Shown here: positions 1 through 12,571 of the stretch, in pieces | How positions within the stretch are numbered: position 1 is the first letter of the stretch | Layout: each line of letters starts with the position of its first letter | Source: Gaiellaceae bacterium | GTDB lineage: Bacteria > Actinomycetota > Thermoleophilia > Gaiellales > Gaiellaceae | Assembly (NCBI GenBank): GCA_050697455.1 | Contig: JBOGZU010000011.1 | Location: 2,278-66,277, forward strand | Length of the DNA: 64,000 nucleotides | Direction: 5' to 3' | Translations under genes and position numbers: made by a program | Notes under the pieces: model-generated | Database searches by the model: none | The model's input: the letters and a program-made list of their open reading frames with translations, nothing else | What the model was told of the DNA's origin: nothing

Positions 1-2
1 TC

Positions 3-512
3 GCGAGCGAGGCGACGCTCTTCGGCACCTTCATCGGCACCTATTACTACCTCCGCTTCAGCGACCTCAACTGGCCGCCGCCGGGGACGCCCGAGCCGCA
101 TGTCGTCATCCCGCTCGTCATGGCCGGAGTGCTCGCGACTACGAGCCTGCCGATGTGGCTCGCCGCTCGAGCAGTGCGCGGCGCCCGCCTCTGGACCGCG
201 CGCGCCTTCCTGACGCTCGCCCTGATCGTGCAGTGCGGCTACTTCGCCTACGAGGTGCACGACTACGTCCACCAGCTCCACGCGTCGCAGCCGCAGGACA
301 ACGCGTACAGCTCGATCTACTACACGCTGCTCGGCGCCGATCACGCGCACGTCGCGGTCGGGATCGTGCTCAGCGTCTGGCTGCTCTGGAAGCTCTCCGG
401 CGGGCTGACGGCCTACCGGCGCAACGCCACGCAGGTCGTCGCCTTCTACTGGCACGCCGTCAACATCCTCACCCTGATCGTGATCGGGGTCCTGACGAGC
501 GCTGCGGTATGA
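3..512 (+). CDS. ctaE: cytochrome c oxidase subunit III, C-terminal part (5' end outside window)
   Basis: The frame is open from the window edge (...EATLFGTFIGTYYYLRFSDLNWPPPG...) into ORF 120..512. YYTLLGADHAHVAVGIVLSVWLLWK and AFYWHAVNILTLIV are typical CoxIII helices. It lies directly upstream of qcrCAB, as in Actinobacteria. Confidence 0.85.
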   Translation, partial: ASEATLFGTFIGTYYYLRFSDLNWPPPGTPEPHVVIPLVMAGVLATTSLPMWLAARAVRGARLWTARAFLTLALIVQCGYFAYEVHDYVHQLHASQPQDNAYSSIYYTLLGADHAHVAVGIVLSVWLLWKLSGGLTAYRRNATQVVAFYWHAVNILTLIVIGVLTSAAV

Positions 513-913
513 GACTGCGGCGGCTGAACATCGTGCAGTGGATCGGCGTCGTCGTCGCGCCCGTCGCATGGACGCTCCAGCACGTCGTCGGCTTCGGGAT
601 CGCGCAGGCGCGGTGCAGCATCGGCGGCGAGCACTGGGGGATCTCCAACACGACGTGGGAGCTGGCGCTCCTGGCGTGCGCCGCGCTGCTGGTCGTGAGC
701 TCGGAGGTCGCCGCGGTCGCCGTCTTCCGCGCGACGCGCGAGGCGAACTACGGCGACGGCCCGGCAGGAGAGGGACGCTGGAACGGCGCGCTGCCGCAGA
801 CGCGGCTCCATTTCTTCGCCACGGCGGCGATGGTGGCGAACGTCCTCTTCCTCGCGATCCTGCTCATGGACGGCTTCGCCTCGGCACTGGAGAAGGCGTG
901 CGTCGGGTCCTAG
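509..913 (+). CDS. hypothetical integral membrane protein (134 aa, 3-4 predicted TM helices)
   Basis: An internal ATG of ORF 155..913 (MRLRRLNIVQWIGVVVAPVAW...) overlaps the ctaE stop as ATGA. The protein has hydrophobic segments. The upstream part of the ORF is an Arg/Ala-rich off-frame translation of ctaE. Confidence 0.6.
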   Translation: MRLRRLNIVQWIGVVVAPVAWTLQHVVGFGIAQARCSIGGEHWGISNTTWELALLACAALLVVSSEVAAVAVFRATREANYGDGPAGEGRWNGALPQTRLHFFATAAMVANVLFLAILLMDGFASALEKACVGS

Positions 914-1608
914 CGATCGCCGTCGCGGTGCTTCTGCTGGCGGCGGGATCCGCGGGCGCGGCGACTCCGAAGAGCCCGCTCGCCGGCTACGGCTACCACC
1001 TCTACGGCGAGTACTGCCTTCGCTGCCACAACACCGGGCTCGCGCCGTCGCTGCACGGGGTCGGCGCGCTCGCGGCCGACTTCTACCTGCGCGCCGGCCT
1101 CATGCCCCTCCGGCAGATCGGCCTGCAGCCGCAGCGCCGGGCGCACGCCTTCTTCGGAGATCGTCAGATCCGCGCGCTCGTCGCCTACATCGCGAGCTTC
1201 GGCGGGCCGCCCATCCCGAAGCCGAGCCCTTCGCGCGGCAGCCTCTCCGAGGGGATGAGCCTGTTCACCGAGCACTGCGCCGGCTGCCATCAGGTCGTCG
1301 CCCAGGGCGGCTACGTCACCGGCGCGCTGCCGCCGCCGCTCAATCAGGGGACGACGTCGCTCGAGGTCGCGGAGGCGGTGCGGATCGGGCCGTACGTGAT
1401 GCCGAAGTTCTCGCGGCAGGCGATCAGCGACCGCCAGCTCGACTCGATCGTCCGCTACGTCGCCTACGCGAACCGGCCCTACCACCCGGGCGGCTGGGGC
1501 CTCGACTTCCTCGGCCCGGTCACCGAAGGGCTCGTGACGTGGTTCATCGCGATTCCGCTGCTGCTCGGGCTCTGCCTGCTGATCGGAAAGAGGCTCTCCT
1601 CCTCATGA
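898..1608 (+). CDS. qcrC: dihaem cytochrome c subunit of menaquinol-cytochrome c reductase
   Basis: A GTG start gives the signal-like N-terminus VRRVLAIAVAVLLLAAGSAGAA. There are two CxxCH haem motifs (CLRCH, CAGCH) and a C-terminal TM helix. The gene order is qcrC-qcrA-qcrB. Confidence 0.85.
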   Translation: MRRVLAIAVAVLLLAAGSAGAATPKSPLAGYGYHLYGEYCLRCHNTGLAPSLHGVGALAADFYLRAGLMPLRQIGLQPQRRAHAFFGDRQIRALVAYIASFGGPPIPKPSPSRGSLSEGMSLFTEHCAGCHQVVAQGGYVTGALPPPLNQGTTSLEVAEAVRIGPYVMPKFSRQAISDRQLDSIVRYVAYANRPYHPGGWGLDFLGPVTEGLVTWFIAIPLLLGLCLLIGKRLSSS

Positions 1609-2612
1609 GGCGTCTCGCGAATGCGCTCGTCACGGCGCTCGTGCTCCTGCTCGGGCGTCGCCGTCGGCCGCGGCACGACGACGACCCGAACCGGGTCATC
1701 CCGGAGCAGCCGCCGAACCAGGCCGCGGAGCTCGGAGTGCTCGCGCTGTTCGGGCTCTCGTCGCTCGCGGCTCTCGGCTTCGTCCTCATCTACGCGTTCG
1801 CGGAAGACATCCCGAACGCCACGCAATTCCTCGGGCTGAGCATCGGGCTCTCGCTCATCTTCCTCGCCTTCGCGCTCGTCATCACCGGTCTCAAGCTCGT
1901 CCCGACGGAAGAGCTCGAGGACGAGTACCCGCCCGAGGAGCACCCGCGCGAGCAGGAGATCATCGCCGAGTACGTCGACCAGGCCGGCACCGGGATCACG
2001 CGCCGCCGTTTCTTCAAGCTCGGCCTGCTCGGCGCGGGCGGTGCGCTCAGCCTCGCCCTCCTCGCGCCGGCCGTCTCGTTCGGGCCGCTCTTCCGCGTCG
2101 GCGACTTCCTCCGGACGCCGTGGCGGCGGGGCAAGCGCCTCGTCGACGAGCACGGCCATCCCTACAAGGCGTCGGACGTGCAGGAGAACGACTTCTACCT
2201 CGCCTTCCCCGAGGGCGCCGGCGACACGGAGAAGGAGCAGATGGCGGCATCGCTCGTACTCGTCCGCCTGCCGCCCGATCAGCTCCGGCTGCCGCTGCAC
2301 CTGCACGGCTACGACGCGCACGGGATCCTCGCCTACTCGCGGATCTGCACCCACGCCGGCTGCGCGATCACGCTCTACCGCGCGCCGCTCTACCAGCCCG
2401 ACGAGCCGACGCCGGCGCTCGTCTGCCCTTGCCACTACTCGACCTTCAACCCGGCGACCGGCGGCACCGTTACCTTCGGGCCGGCCGGACGCGACCTGCC
2501 GCTGCTGCCGATCTACAAGGACTCGAACGGCTATCTCCGCGCCAAGGGGAACTTCGACGGGCCGGTCGGGCCCTCGTGGTGGGGCGTGCGGATCTGGAAC
2601 GCGCAGCCGTGA
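1605..2612 (+). CDS. qcrA: Rieske 2Fe-2S subunit of menaquinol-cytochrome c reductase
   Basis: The ATG overlaps the qcrC stop (ATGA). There are N-terminal TM helices. The Rieske boxes CTHAGC and CPCHYSTF are present. Confidence 0.9.
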   Translation: MRRLANALVTALVLLLGRRRRPRHDDDPNRVIPEQPPNQAAELGVLALFGLSSLAALGFVLIYAFAEDIPNATQFLGLSIGLSLIFLAFALVITGLKLVPTEELEDEYPPEEHPREQEIIAEYVDQAGTGITRRRFFKLGLLGAGGALSLALLAPAVSFGPLFRVGDFLRTPWRRGKRLVDEHGHPYKASDVQENDFYLAFPEGAGDTEKEQMAASLVLVRLPPDQLRLPLHLHGYDAHGILAYSRICTHAGCAITLYRAPLYQPDEPTPALVCPCHYSTFNPATGGTVTFGPAGRDLPLLPIYKDSNGYLRAKGNFDGPVGPSWWGVRIWNAQP

Positions 2613-4030
2613 CGAACGGCGCGCCCGCCACCCGCAGCACCGTGCGCTGGCTCGACAAGCGCAGCGCGAGCGCGCCGTTCCTGAAGAAGGCGCTGCGCTA
2701 CCTCTTCCCCGATCACTGGTCGTTCCTCCTCGGCGAGATCGCGCTCTACGCCTTCGGCGTCCTCGTCCTGACCGGGATCTACCTGACGTTCTTCTTCGTC
2801 GACTCGACGAAGGAGGTCGTCTACCACGGTCCGTACGGCCCGCTCTACGGCCAGAAGATGAGCGAGGCGTACCAGTCGGTCGTGCACCTCTCCCTGCAGG
2901 TGCGCGCCGGCCTGCTCATCCGCCAGACGCACCACTGGGCGGCGAACATCTTCGTCGCGGCGATCGTCCTCCACCTCTTCCGCGTCTTCTTCACGGGCGC
3001 CTACAGGAAGCCGCGCGAGCTGACCTACTGGATCGGCGTGACGATTCTGATGCTCACGCTGCTCGAGGCGTACATGGGCTATTCGCTCGTCGACGACCTG
3101 ATGTCGGGGATGGGCCTCGTGATCGGCTATTCGGTCGGGCTGGCGCTGCCGTTCGTCGGCGAGAACCTCATGAACTGGCTGTTCGGCGGGATCTTTCCGG
3201 GCAGCTCGCAGCTCTGGCCGCGGATGTACATCGCGCACGTCCTGATCTTCCCGATCCTGATCGGGCTGCTGCTCGGCGCGCACCTCGTGCTCGTCGCACT
3301 GCGGCATCACACGCAGTTCAAGCGGAAGCGGAAGCAGACGGAGAAGACGATCGTCGGCGTGCCGCTCTGGCCCGGGCAGACGCCGCGGTCGGTGGGGCTC
3401 GCGCTCGGGACGACCGGCTTTCTCTTCCTGCTCGGCGGCCTGGTCGAGATCAACCCGATCTGGCTGTGGGGGCCGTACCACACGTACTCCTCGACCAATG
3501 GCGCGCAGCCGGACTGGTACCTCGGCTGGCTGATCGGCGGCCTACGGCTCATGCCGAGCTTCGACTTCACGATCGGGAGCTACACGGTCGTCCCGAACCC
3601 GTTCTGGGGCGGCGCCGCGTTCCCGCTCGTCGTCTTCGGCTTCCTCTATTTCTGGCCGTGGATCGAGCGGAAGTTCACCGGGGATCAGGCGTTCCACAAC
3701 CTGCTCGACCGGCCGCGCGACGCGCCCGCGCGGACGGGGATCGGGGTCGGGATGATCACCTGGGTCGTGCTCGTCTTCCTCGCCGGCGGCGCCGATCGCG
3801 TCTTCGTCCTGTTCGGGATCTCCTACATCGCGCAGATCTGGGTGTACCGCGTGATCGTCTTCGTGCTCCCGGTCGCCTTCGGGGTCGCGACGTGGTGGCT
3901 GTGCAGGGCGCTGCAGGCGAGCGAGCGAGTCGTCGCGGCGCGCCACGAGGCGGAGGCCGAGGCCCGGCTGGCGCGCATCAAGCGCGGCGACGAGCCGCCG
4001 GCGCCCGCGGATCCCGGCACGGTGGCGTGA
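2609..4030 (+). CDS. qcrB: cytochrome b subunit of menaquinol-cytochrome c reductase
   Basis: The GTG overlaps the qcrA stop (GTGA). The sequence ...FLKKALRYLFPDHWSFLLGEIALYAFGVLVLTGIYLTFFF...HHWAANIFVAAIVLHLFRVFFTGAYRKPRELTYW... is a typical cytochrome b N-terminal domain. It is a polytopic membrane protein. Confidence 0.9.
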   Translation: MTNGAPATRSTVRWLDKRSASAPFLKKALRYLFPDHWSFLLGEIALYAFGVLVLTGIYLTFFFVDSTKEVVYHGPYGPLYGQKMSEAYQSVVHLSLQVRAGLLIRQTHHWAANIFVAAIVLHLFRVFFTGAYRKPRELTYWIGVTILMLTLLEAYMGYSLVDDLMSGMGLVIGYSVGLALPFVGENLMNWLFGGIFPGSSQLWPRMYIAHVLIFPILIGLLLGAHLVLVALRHHTQFKRKRKQTEKTIVGVPLWPGQTPRSVGLALGTTGFLFLLGGLVEINPIWLWGPYHTYSSTNGAQPDWYLGWLIGGLRLMPSFDFTIGSYTVVPNPFWGGAAFPLVVFGFLYFWPWIERKFTGDQAFHNLLDRPRDAPARTGIGVGMITWVVLVFLAGGADRVFVLFGISYIAQIWVYRVIVFVLPVAFGVATWWLCRALQASERVVAARHEAEAEARLARIKRGDEPPAPADPGTVA

Positions 4031-4099
4031 CGAATGAGGCACTCCTCCGTGCAGTACCTGGTACCGCGCCGTTTCTGTGACGTCTCTGTGTCGAGATGG

Positions 4100-4654
4100 C
4101 TACGCGGCGAGACGAGGCGCCCGGCGATTCGGGAGCCAGCTAGGCGATCGTCGCGGCCAGCTCTGCCACGTCGACCGCGCGGCCCGTGTCGACGCGGATC
4201 GTCTCGCCCGGTAGCTCGAGTGGGTCGTGGCGTCCTGTCTCGACGGCGGCCCGGAGCGCTGCGATTCGTTGTCGACGTGGCCGGGATGACGCTCGCGGGA
4301 GCGGTAACGCTCGAGCAGCAACTCGAGCGGCGCGCTGCAGTGCACTTGGACGAAGCGAGCAGGGAGAGCGGCGAGTCGAGCCGCGAACTCGCTCCCGCGG
4401 ACGAAGTTCCGTTCCAGGACGAGGCTCCCGCCGCCCACGACCGACTCCTCGACGAGAGCGAGCATCGCGAGATACGTCGCCTCCCCGAGCCGACGCGACC
4501 ACTCGAGGTCGCCGGCGCCGAGCCCGTCGAAGAGCGCCTCCTTGATCGTGTCCTTCGCGATCAGTGGGAGCCGCAACCGCGAAGCGACCTCGTGCGCGAC
4601 GGTCGTCTTCCCCGCCGCCGGCGGCCCTTGCACGACGACAACGAGCGGCTCCAC
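4100..4654 (-). CDS. P-loop (AAA/zeta-toxin-like) kinase family protein, probably frameshifted near 4265-4275
   Basis: A Walker A motif is present (VVVVQGPPAAGKTTVA). After ...RHPGHVDNE the frame turns Ser/Arg-rich. A neighbouring frame gives a clean tail, IAALRAAVETGRHDPLELPGETIRVDTGRAVDVAELAATIA, ending at 4140. Confidence 0.6.
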   Translation of the reverse strand: MEPLVVVVQGPPAAGKTTVAHEVASRLRLPLIAKDTIKEALFDGLGAGDLEWSRRLGEATYLAMLALVEESVVGGGSLVLERNFVRGSEFAARLAALPARFVQVHCSAPLELLLERYRSRERHPGHVDNESQRSGPPSRQDATTHSSYRARRSASTRAARSTWQSWPRRSPSWLPNRRAPRLAA

Positions 4655-4660
4655 GGCGCT

Positions 4661-7357
<2,697 letters not shown>

Positions 7358-7397
7358 GCTTCGAGTCTAGAGGCGGGGTAGCACCTACCGCGCCGCG

Positions 7398-8318
7398 TCA
7401 GCTACCGGCCGGCGTGGTCGTCACTTTCGTTCCCTGCTTTGCGATCCGCCCGCGCTGAGGCTCGACGACGTACTTCGGGTCGCGCGCCGACTGGAAGCCG
7501 GCCTTGAACACCGACCAGCGGAGGCAGACCTCGCCGGCGCAGACGAGCGCGCCGCCGAGGACGGCCGCGCCACGGCTCCGCTTTCCGCGGGTCGCCAGGA
7601 GCGCAGCGCCCGCCGTCGCCATCCCCTTCGCCGCCCACGCGTACTTGCCGGCCTCGCCCTGCTTGTAGACCTCGCCGACCTTTCCGAGCCGCAACTCCAT
7701 TGTCTGCATCAATGCGCCCTCGGCGAGCACGCCCGCGATCGCGAGCCGCCGCGCCGGCCCGGCCTCGCGCGGGTGGACGACCATGCACGCCGCCGCCCCG
7801 GCGCTCGCCGCAGCGCTCGCGCCGAACAGCCACGGCAGCTCGCGCCGCGCCTCGTGCCAGACCGGGATCGCCGTGTCGGCGATGAGCACGCCGGTGTACG
7901 TCGCGAGGGGCGGCCCCGCGACCGTCGCGACCGCCTCGGCGAGGAACTTGATCGGCTTCAGGCGCCCGGTGAGCGCGAGGAGTGCCGCGGTGCTCGAGGC
8001 GCCGCCGCTCACGAGCAGGATCCAGGAGCCGACGTTCATCGGCGACGTCACCTTGACGACGCGGAACATGTGGTGGAAGCGCTCCGGCCGGCCGAGGTCG
8101 GAGATGAGGAAGCCCGGCGAGACGATGTCCGCCAGCGCGCCGATGTAGAGCGAGCGGCGCGCGAGCTTCTCGTGGCCGGTCAGCTTCGCGCTCGACGAAA
8201 GGACGGACGAGGCGCCCGCGAGCCCGCCGCTGAAGAGGTAGGCCGGGATCTCCCACGTCCAGGTCGGCTCCTTGACGATCGGCCGGCCGTAGTAGGAGCG
8301 GCTGCCGTTCTCGCTCAT
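7398..8318 (-). CDS. NrfD/PsrC-type polytopic membrane anchor subunit of the formate dehydrogenase
   Basis: An internal ATG (MSENGSRSYYGRPIVKEPTWTWEIPAYLFSGGLAGAS...) overlaps the stop of the FeS subunit (ATGA). It has about 8 hydrophobic helices. The upstream part of ORF 7398..9083 is an off-frame artefact. Confidence 0.85.
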   Translation of the reverse strand: MSENGSRSYYGRPIVKEPTWTWEIPAYLFSGGLAGASSVLSSSAKLTGHEKLARRSLYIGALADIVSPGFLISDLGRPERFHHMFRVVKVTSPMNVGSWILLVSGGASSTAALLALTGRLKPIKFLAEAVATVAGPPLATYTGVLIADTAIPVWHEARRELPWLFGASAAASAGAAACMVVHPREAGPARRLAIAGVLAEGALMQTMELRLGKVGEVYKQGEAGKYAWAAKGMATAGAALLATRGKRSRGAAVLGGALVCAGEVCLRWSVFKAGFQSARDPKYVVEPQRGRIAKQGTKVTTTPAGS

Positions 8319-9178
8319 CGCCGGCCTCCGGCGAGCGTCAACGCGGTGACTCCCGCGAGCAGCGCACCCGCTGCGGCGAGCATGTTCGTCCACATCTCCG
8401 GCAGGTGCTTGGTCGAGACGACCGGGTCGGGCGGCAGCCCGTAGACCTCCGGATCGTCGAGCAGGAGGAAGAAGGCGCCAAAGCCGCCGACGCCGTCCTC
8501 GGGGTCGCGGCCGTACAGCTGCGCGCCGTTCCACCCGTCGCCGGAGAGCTTCGCCAGCCGCTCGTCGGCCTTCTCCCGCAGCTCGTCGAGCGGGCCGAAC
8601 TGGATCGACTTCGTGGGGCACGCCTTCGCGCACGCCGGCTCGTGGCCGCCCTTGAGACGGTCGTAGCAGAGCGTGCACTTCCAGACGCGGCCGTCTTCCT
8701 TCGCGAACGCCGGCAGATCCGGCGCCGGAGCGAGATGCCGCTTGTCGAGCACGCCGAACGGGCACGCCGGCACGCAGTAGCCGCAGCCGTTGCAGATGTC
8801 CTGCTGGACGACCACCGTGCCGAACTCGGTGCGGAACAGGGCGCCGGTCGGGCAGACGTCGAGGCACGCCGCGTGGGTGCAGTGCTTGCAGACGTCCGAC
8901 TCCATCAGCCAACGGAGCCCGGTCTCGCCGTCGCCGTTCGTGGCGAGCGGCTTCTCCTGCTCGACGAAGGCGACGTGCCGCCACGTGTTCGCGTTCAGCT
9001 CGGACGTGTTGTCGTAGGACTCGCCCGTCCAGGTGAGGCCGTCTTCCGGGATCAGGTTCCACTCCTTGCACGCCACCTCGCACGCCTTGCAGCCGATGCA
9101 GACGGACGTGTCGGTGAAGAAGCCGACGCGCTCCTCTTGCTCGCTCCCGTACGTCGCGATCCCGTCGGCGGCGCTCAT
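8315..9178 (-). CDS. 4Fe-4S ferredoxin-type (FdnH/HybA-like) electron-transfer subunit with C-terminal TM helix
   Basis: It starts MSAADGIATYGSEQEERVGFFTDTSVCIGCKACEVACKEWN. It carries four Cys clusters (CIGCKAC..C, CKHCTHAAC..C, CNGCGYCVPAC, CTLCYDR...CAKAC). The start overlaps the alpha-subunit stop. Confidence 0.9.
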   Translation of the reverse strand: MSAADGIATYGSEQEERVGFFTDTSVCIGCKACEVACKEWNLIPEDGLTWTGESYDNTSELNANTWRHVAFVEQEKPLATNGDGETGLRWLMESDVCKHCTHAACLDVCPTGALFRTEFGTVVVQQDICNGCGYCVPACPFGVLDKRHLAPAPDLPAFAKEDGRVWKCTLCYDRLKGGHEPACAKACPTKSIQFGPLDELREKADERLAKLSGDGWNGAQLYGRDPEDGVGGFGAFFLLLDDPEVYGLPPDPVVSTKHLPEMWTNMLAAAGALLAGVTALTLAGGRR

Positions 9179-12100
9179 GTCTTCCGCACCTCCTCGGGCT
9201 CGACGCGCGGCTCCTGCTCTCGCCGCGAATGCGCCTGCTCGCGCAGCTCCGCGACGAAGCGCGTCAGCTCGGGCCCGCGCGGCCGGCGGCCGGGCCTGAC
9301 CCCGCAGGTGAACGCCTTGACCTCCTGGATGTGGACGTTCGGGTCGAGCGCCATGTGCGCGAGGTCGTTCGCCGAGTCGCCGGTGACGATCCCGCGCTGG
9401 CCCCAGTGGTACGGCAGCCCGATCTGGTGGATGGCACGGCCGTCCATCTGGACCGGCCGCATCCGCTCTGTCACCATCACCCGCGCCTCGATCGCCGAGC
9501 GGGACGTGTAGATCGTCGCCCAGCCGCCGTGCTCGAGCCCGACCTCGCGCGCGAGATCGGGGTGCACCTCGCAGAACATCTCGGGCTGCAGCTCGGCGAG
9601 GTAGGGGACGGAGCGGGTCATGCCGCCGGCCGTGTGATGCTCGGTCAGCCGGTAGGTCGTGACGACGTAGGGATAGACCTCGGCGCCCGGCTCGTCGGCG
9701 ACCGGGTTGTACGGATCCTCCGCCATGTCCTTGTTCTGCTGGCGGCGCGGGTTCGCGCGCTGGGAGTAGAGGGGGTTGCCGAACGGCGACTCGTGCGGCT
9801 CGTAGTGCGTCGGCATCGGCCCGTCCTCGAGCCCCTGCGGGACGTAGAGCCAGGAGCGCCCGTCGGCCTGCATGACGAACGGGTGGTCGCCGGCGATGGC
9901 GTCCTCGGCCTCGGCGTCGTCGGGCGGCACGTAATGCGGGCTCTTGTCCTCCTCGAAGTCGGGGACGTCGGGGCCGGTCCACTTCCCCTCGGCGCCGTCC
10001 CACCAGACGTAGCGCTTCCGTTCCGACCACGGGTTCCCGTCGGGATCTGCCGAGGCGCGGTTGTAGAGAAGCCGCCGGTTCGCCGGCCACGCCCACGCCC
10101 ACTCGGGCGCGACGTAGCTGTCCTGCTCCCAGTGCGGCTTCTTCCGCGCGGTCTGGTTGATGCCGTCCTTGAAGCAGCCGGAGTAGATCCAGCAGCCGCA
10201 GAGCGTCGAGCCGTCGTCCTTCAGCTCCGGATAGCCCGTGAGGAACTTGCCGGTCGCGATCTCCTTGCCGTTGACCTCCTGCAGGATCGCCTCGGCGTCG
10301 GGCTCGCGGATCGCGGAGTGCGTCGGGTACTCCCAGCGCAGCGACTTGATCAAGAGGTCGCGCTCGTCCTCCGAGCCCTCGAGCTTCTGCTTGATCAGCC
10401 GGCCGAGGTGGAAGTAGAACCAGAGGTCCGAGCGGCAGTCCTCCTTCGGCTCGACCGCCTGCCAGTGCCACTGCAGCAGGCGCTGCGTGTTCGTGAAGGA
10501 GCCCTCCTTCTCGGTGTGCGTCGCGGCGGGGAGGAAGAAGACCTCGGTCGGGATCTCCTCCGTCTTCAGCTCGCCGGACTCGATCTCCGGCGCGTCGCGC
10601 CAGAACGACGCGGACTCGATCTCGACGATGTCCCGCACGACGAGCCAGTCGAGCTTTGCAAGGCCGAGCCGGTTCGCCTTGCCGTTCGCGTTCCCGACCG
10701 CCGGGTTCTCGCCGGCGATGATGTAGCCCTTCACCTTCCCCGCGAGCATCTGCTGGACGGTGAAGTAGGCAGAGTTGTCGTCGTCGATGCGCGGCAGCGA
10801 CTCGAAGAGGAAGTCGTTGTCCGCGTTGGCGTTCTCGCCGAAGTAGGCCTTCATCAGCGAGACGAAGTAGGCGCGGAAATGGCCCCACCAGCCCGTCGGC
10901 GACGTGTTCGCCGCGATGTACGCGGCGAGGTCGCCGTAGCGCTCCGTGTGCGGCATCGGCAGGTAGCCGGGGAGGATGTTGTAGAGCGTCGGGATGTCCG
11001 TCGAGCCCTGGATCGACGCGTGCCCGCGCAGCGCCATGATCCCGCCGCCGGGCCGCCCGATGTTTCCGAGCAGCTGCTGGATGACTGCCGCGGCTCGGAT
11101 CGTCTGGACTCCGGTCGTGTGCTGCGTCCAGCCGACCGCGTAACAGAACGCGCTCGTCCGCTCTCGGCCAGAGTTGGCGACGAGCGTCTCGCAGACCTCG
11201 AGGAAGTCCGCGACCGAGCAGCCGCACGTCTCGGCGACGAGCTCGGGCGTGTAGCGCTGGTAGTGCTTCTTGAGGAGCTGGAGGACGCAGCGCGGGTCCT
11301 GCAGCTCGGGGTCCTCCGACGGCGGCTCGCCGTGCTGAAGACCGCCGCCGTGGCCACCGTGACCCGAGCCCTCGCCTTTCGTGGGCGAGAAGCCGTCCTC
11401 GCGCTGGCCCGCCGCGCCGTGCGTCTCCATCCCCTCGTACATCCACTGCTCGACGTCGTACTCGCCCTCCTCGGGATCCCAGCCCGAGAAGAGGCCGTCG
11501 AGATCCTCGGTGTCCGCGAACTCCGGCCGGATGATCACCGGCGCGTTCGTGTACTTCTCGACGTACTCCTTGAAGTAGAGGTCGTTCTGGAGGATGTAGT
11601 TGGCGATGCCGCCGAGGAAGGCGATGTCGCTACCGGCGCGGATCCCGACGTGCTTCGTCGCCATCGCGCTCGTCCGCGTGAAGCGCGGGTCGACATGGAT
11701 GACCTTCGCGCCGCGCTCCCTGGCCTCCATCACCCACTGGAATCCCACCGGGTGGTTCTCGGCCATGTTCGAGCCCATGATCACGATGCAGTCCGAGTTC
11801 TGCAGGTCCTGCTGGAACGTCGTCGCGCCGCCTCGTCCGAACGAGGTGCCCAGACCGGGCACCGTGGAGCTGTGTCATATGCGGGCCTGGTTCTCGACCT
11901 GGACGATCCCGAGGCCCGTCATCAGCTTCTTGATGAGGTAGTTCTCCTCGTTGTCCAGCGTTGCGCCGCCGAGGTTGCCGATCGCCATCGTCCGGTTGGA
12001 GGGATTGCCGTCCTCGGTCTTCCACTCCCACGTCTCGGCACGGGTCTTGACGATTCGGTCGACGATCATCTCCATCGCGTCGTCGAGCGAGAGCTCCTCC

Positions 12101-12444
12101 CAGGCGCTGCCGTACGGGCGCCGGTACTTGACCTTGTACTCGCGGAGCGGGCTCTGGACGAGGCTCTTCGAGGCCTGCCCCTTCGGGCATAGCCGGCCGC
12201 GGGAGATCGGCGACGCAGGGTCGCCCTCGATGTGCGTGACCTCTCCGCCGGCGACGTAGACGAGCTGGCCGCAGCCGACCGCGCAATACGGGCAGACGGA
12301 GTGGACGACGTGCTCGGCCTCGTCGATCCGCGCGGTGAGGTTCTTGGAGCGGGGCGACTGCGCCGCCTTCCCGAGCCCGAGCAGGTCTCCCTCGCGCAGC
12401 TGCCTGAGCGCGGGCCAAGACTCGAGCAACCTCGCGAACTCCAT
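9175..12444 (-). CDS. formate dehydrogenase alpha subunit (molybdopterin oxidoreductase), selenocysteine-containing; UGA-Sec at 11875..11877
   Basis: ORFs 11875..12444 and 9175..11862 are in one frame. Read-through gives ...LGIVQVENQARI-[TGA]-HSSTVPGLGTSFGRGGATTF, the conserved FDH Sec/Cys active-site motif. The N-terminal CPYCAVGCG FeS motif is present. A SECIS-like hairpin lies 11 nt after the UGA. Confidence 0.9.
11845..11863 (-). promoter_or_regulatory. SECIS upper stem-loop for the FDH UGA codon
   Basis: The RNA GGUGCCC-GGUCU-GGGCACC forms a 7-bp perfect stem. It starts 11 nt 3' of the UGA. The apical GGUCUG string is the same as in the E. coli fdhF minimal SECIS (GGUUGCAGGUCUGCACC, from memory). 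Confidence 0.7.
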
Positions 12445-12571
12445 CCCGAAAGAGTCTTTCCGATCCGGAGGGCCAGGTAAACAGGATTGCGAGCTACCTG
12501 CAAATCGCGATGTTTTCCCAGCGTGTGGCCGGGCACCTAGCTATTACAACGGAATACGAAGGAGTGGTGTC

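Noticed and set aside
8315-11446. Composite giant ORFs (8315..11446, 1043 aa; 7398..9083, 561 aa; 60005..62518, 837 aa; 25921..28425; 40171..41550).
   Set aside because: Only the C-terminal portion downstream of an internal ATG/GTG matches a protein family. In each case that start overlaps the upstream gene's stop. The N-terminal extensions are off-frame read-through of the neighbouring gene.
12270-12444. I searched for a twin-arginine (Tat) signal on the FDH alpha subunit.
   Set aside because: The N-terminus MEFARLLESWPALRQLREGDLLGLGK... has no RR-x-F-L-K motif and no hydrophobic h-region. I found no alternative upstream start in frame.
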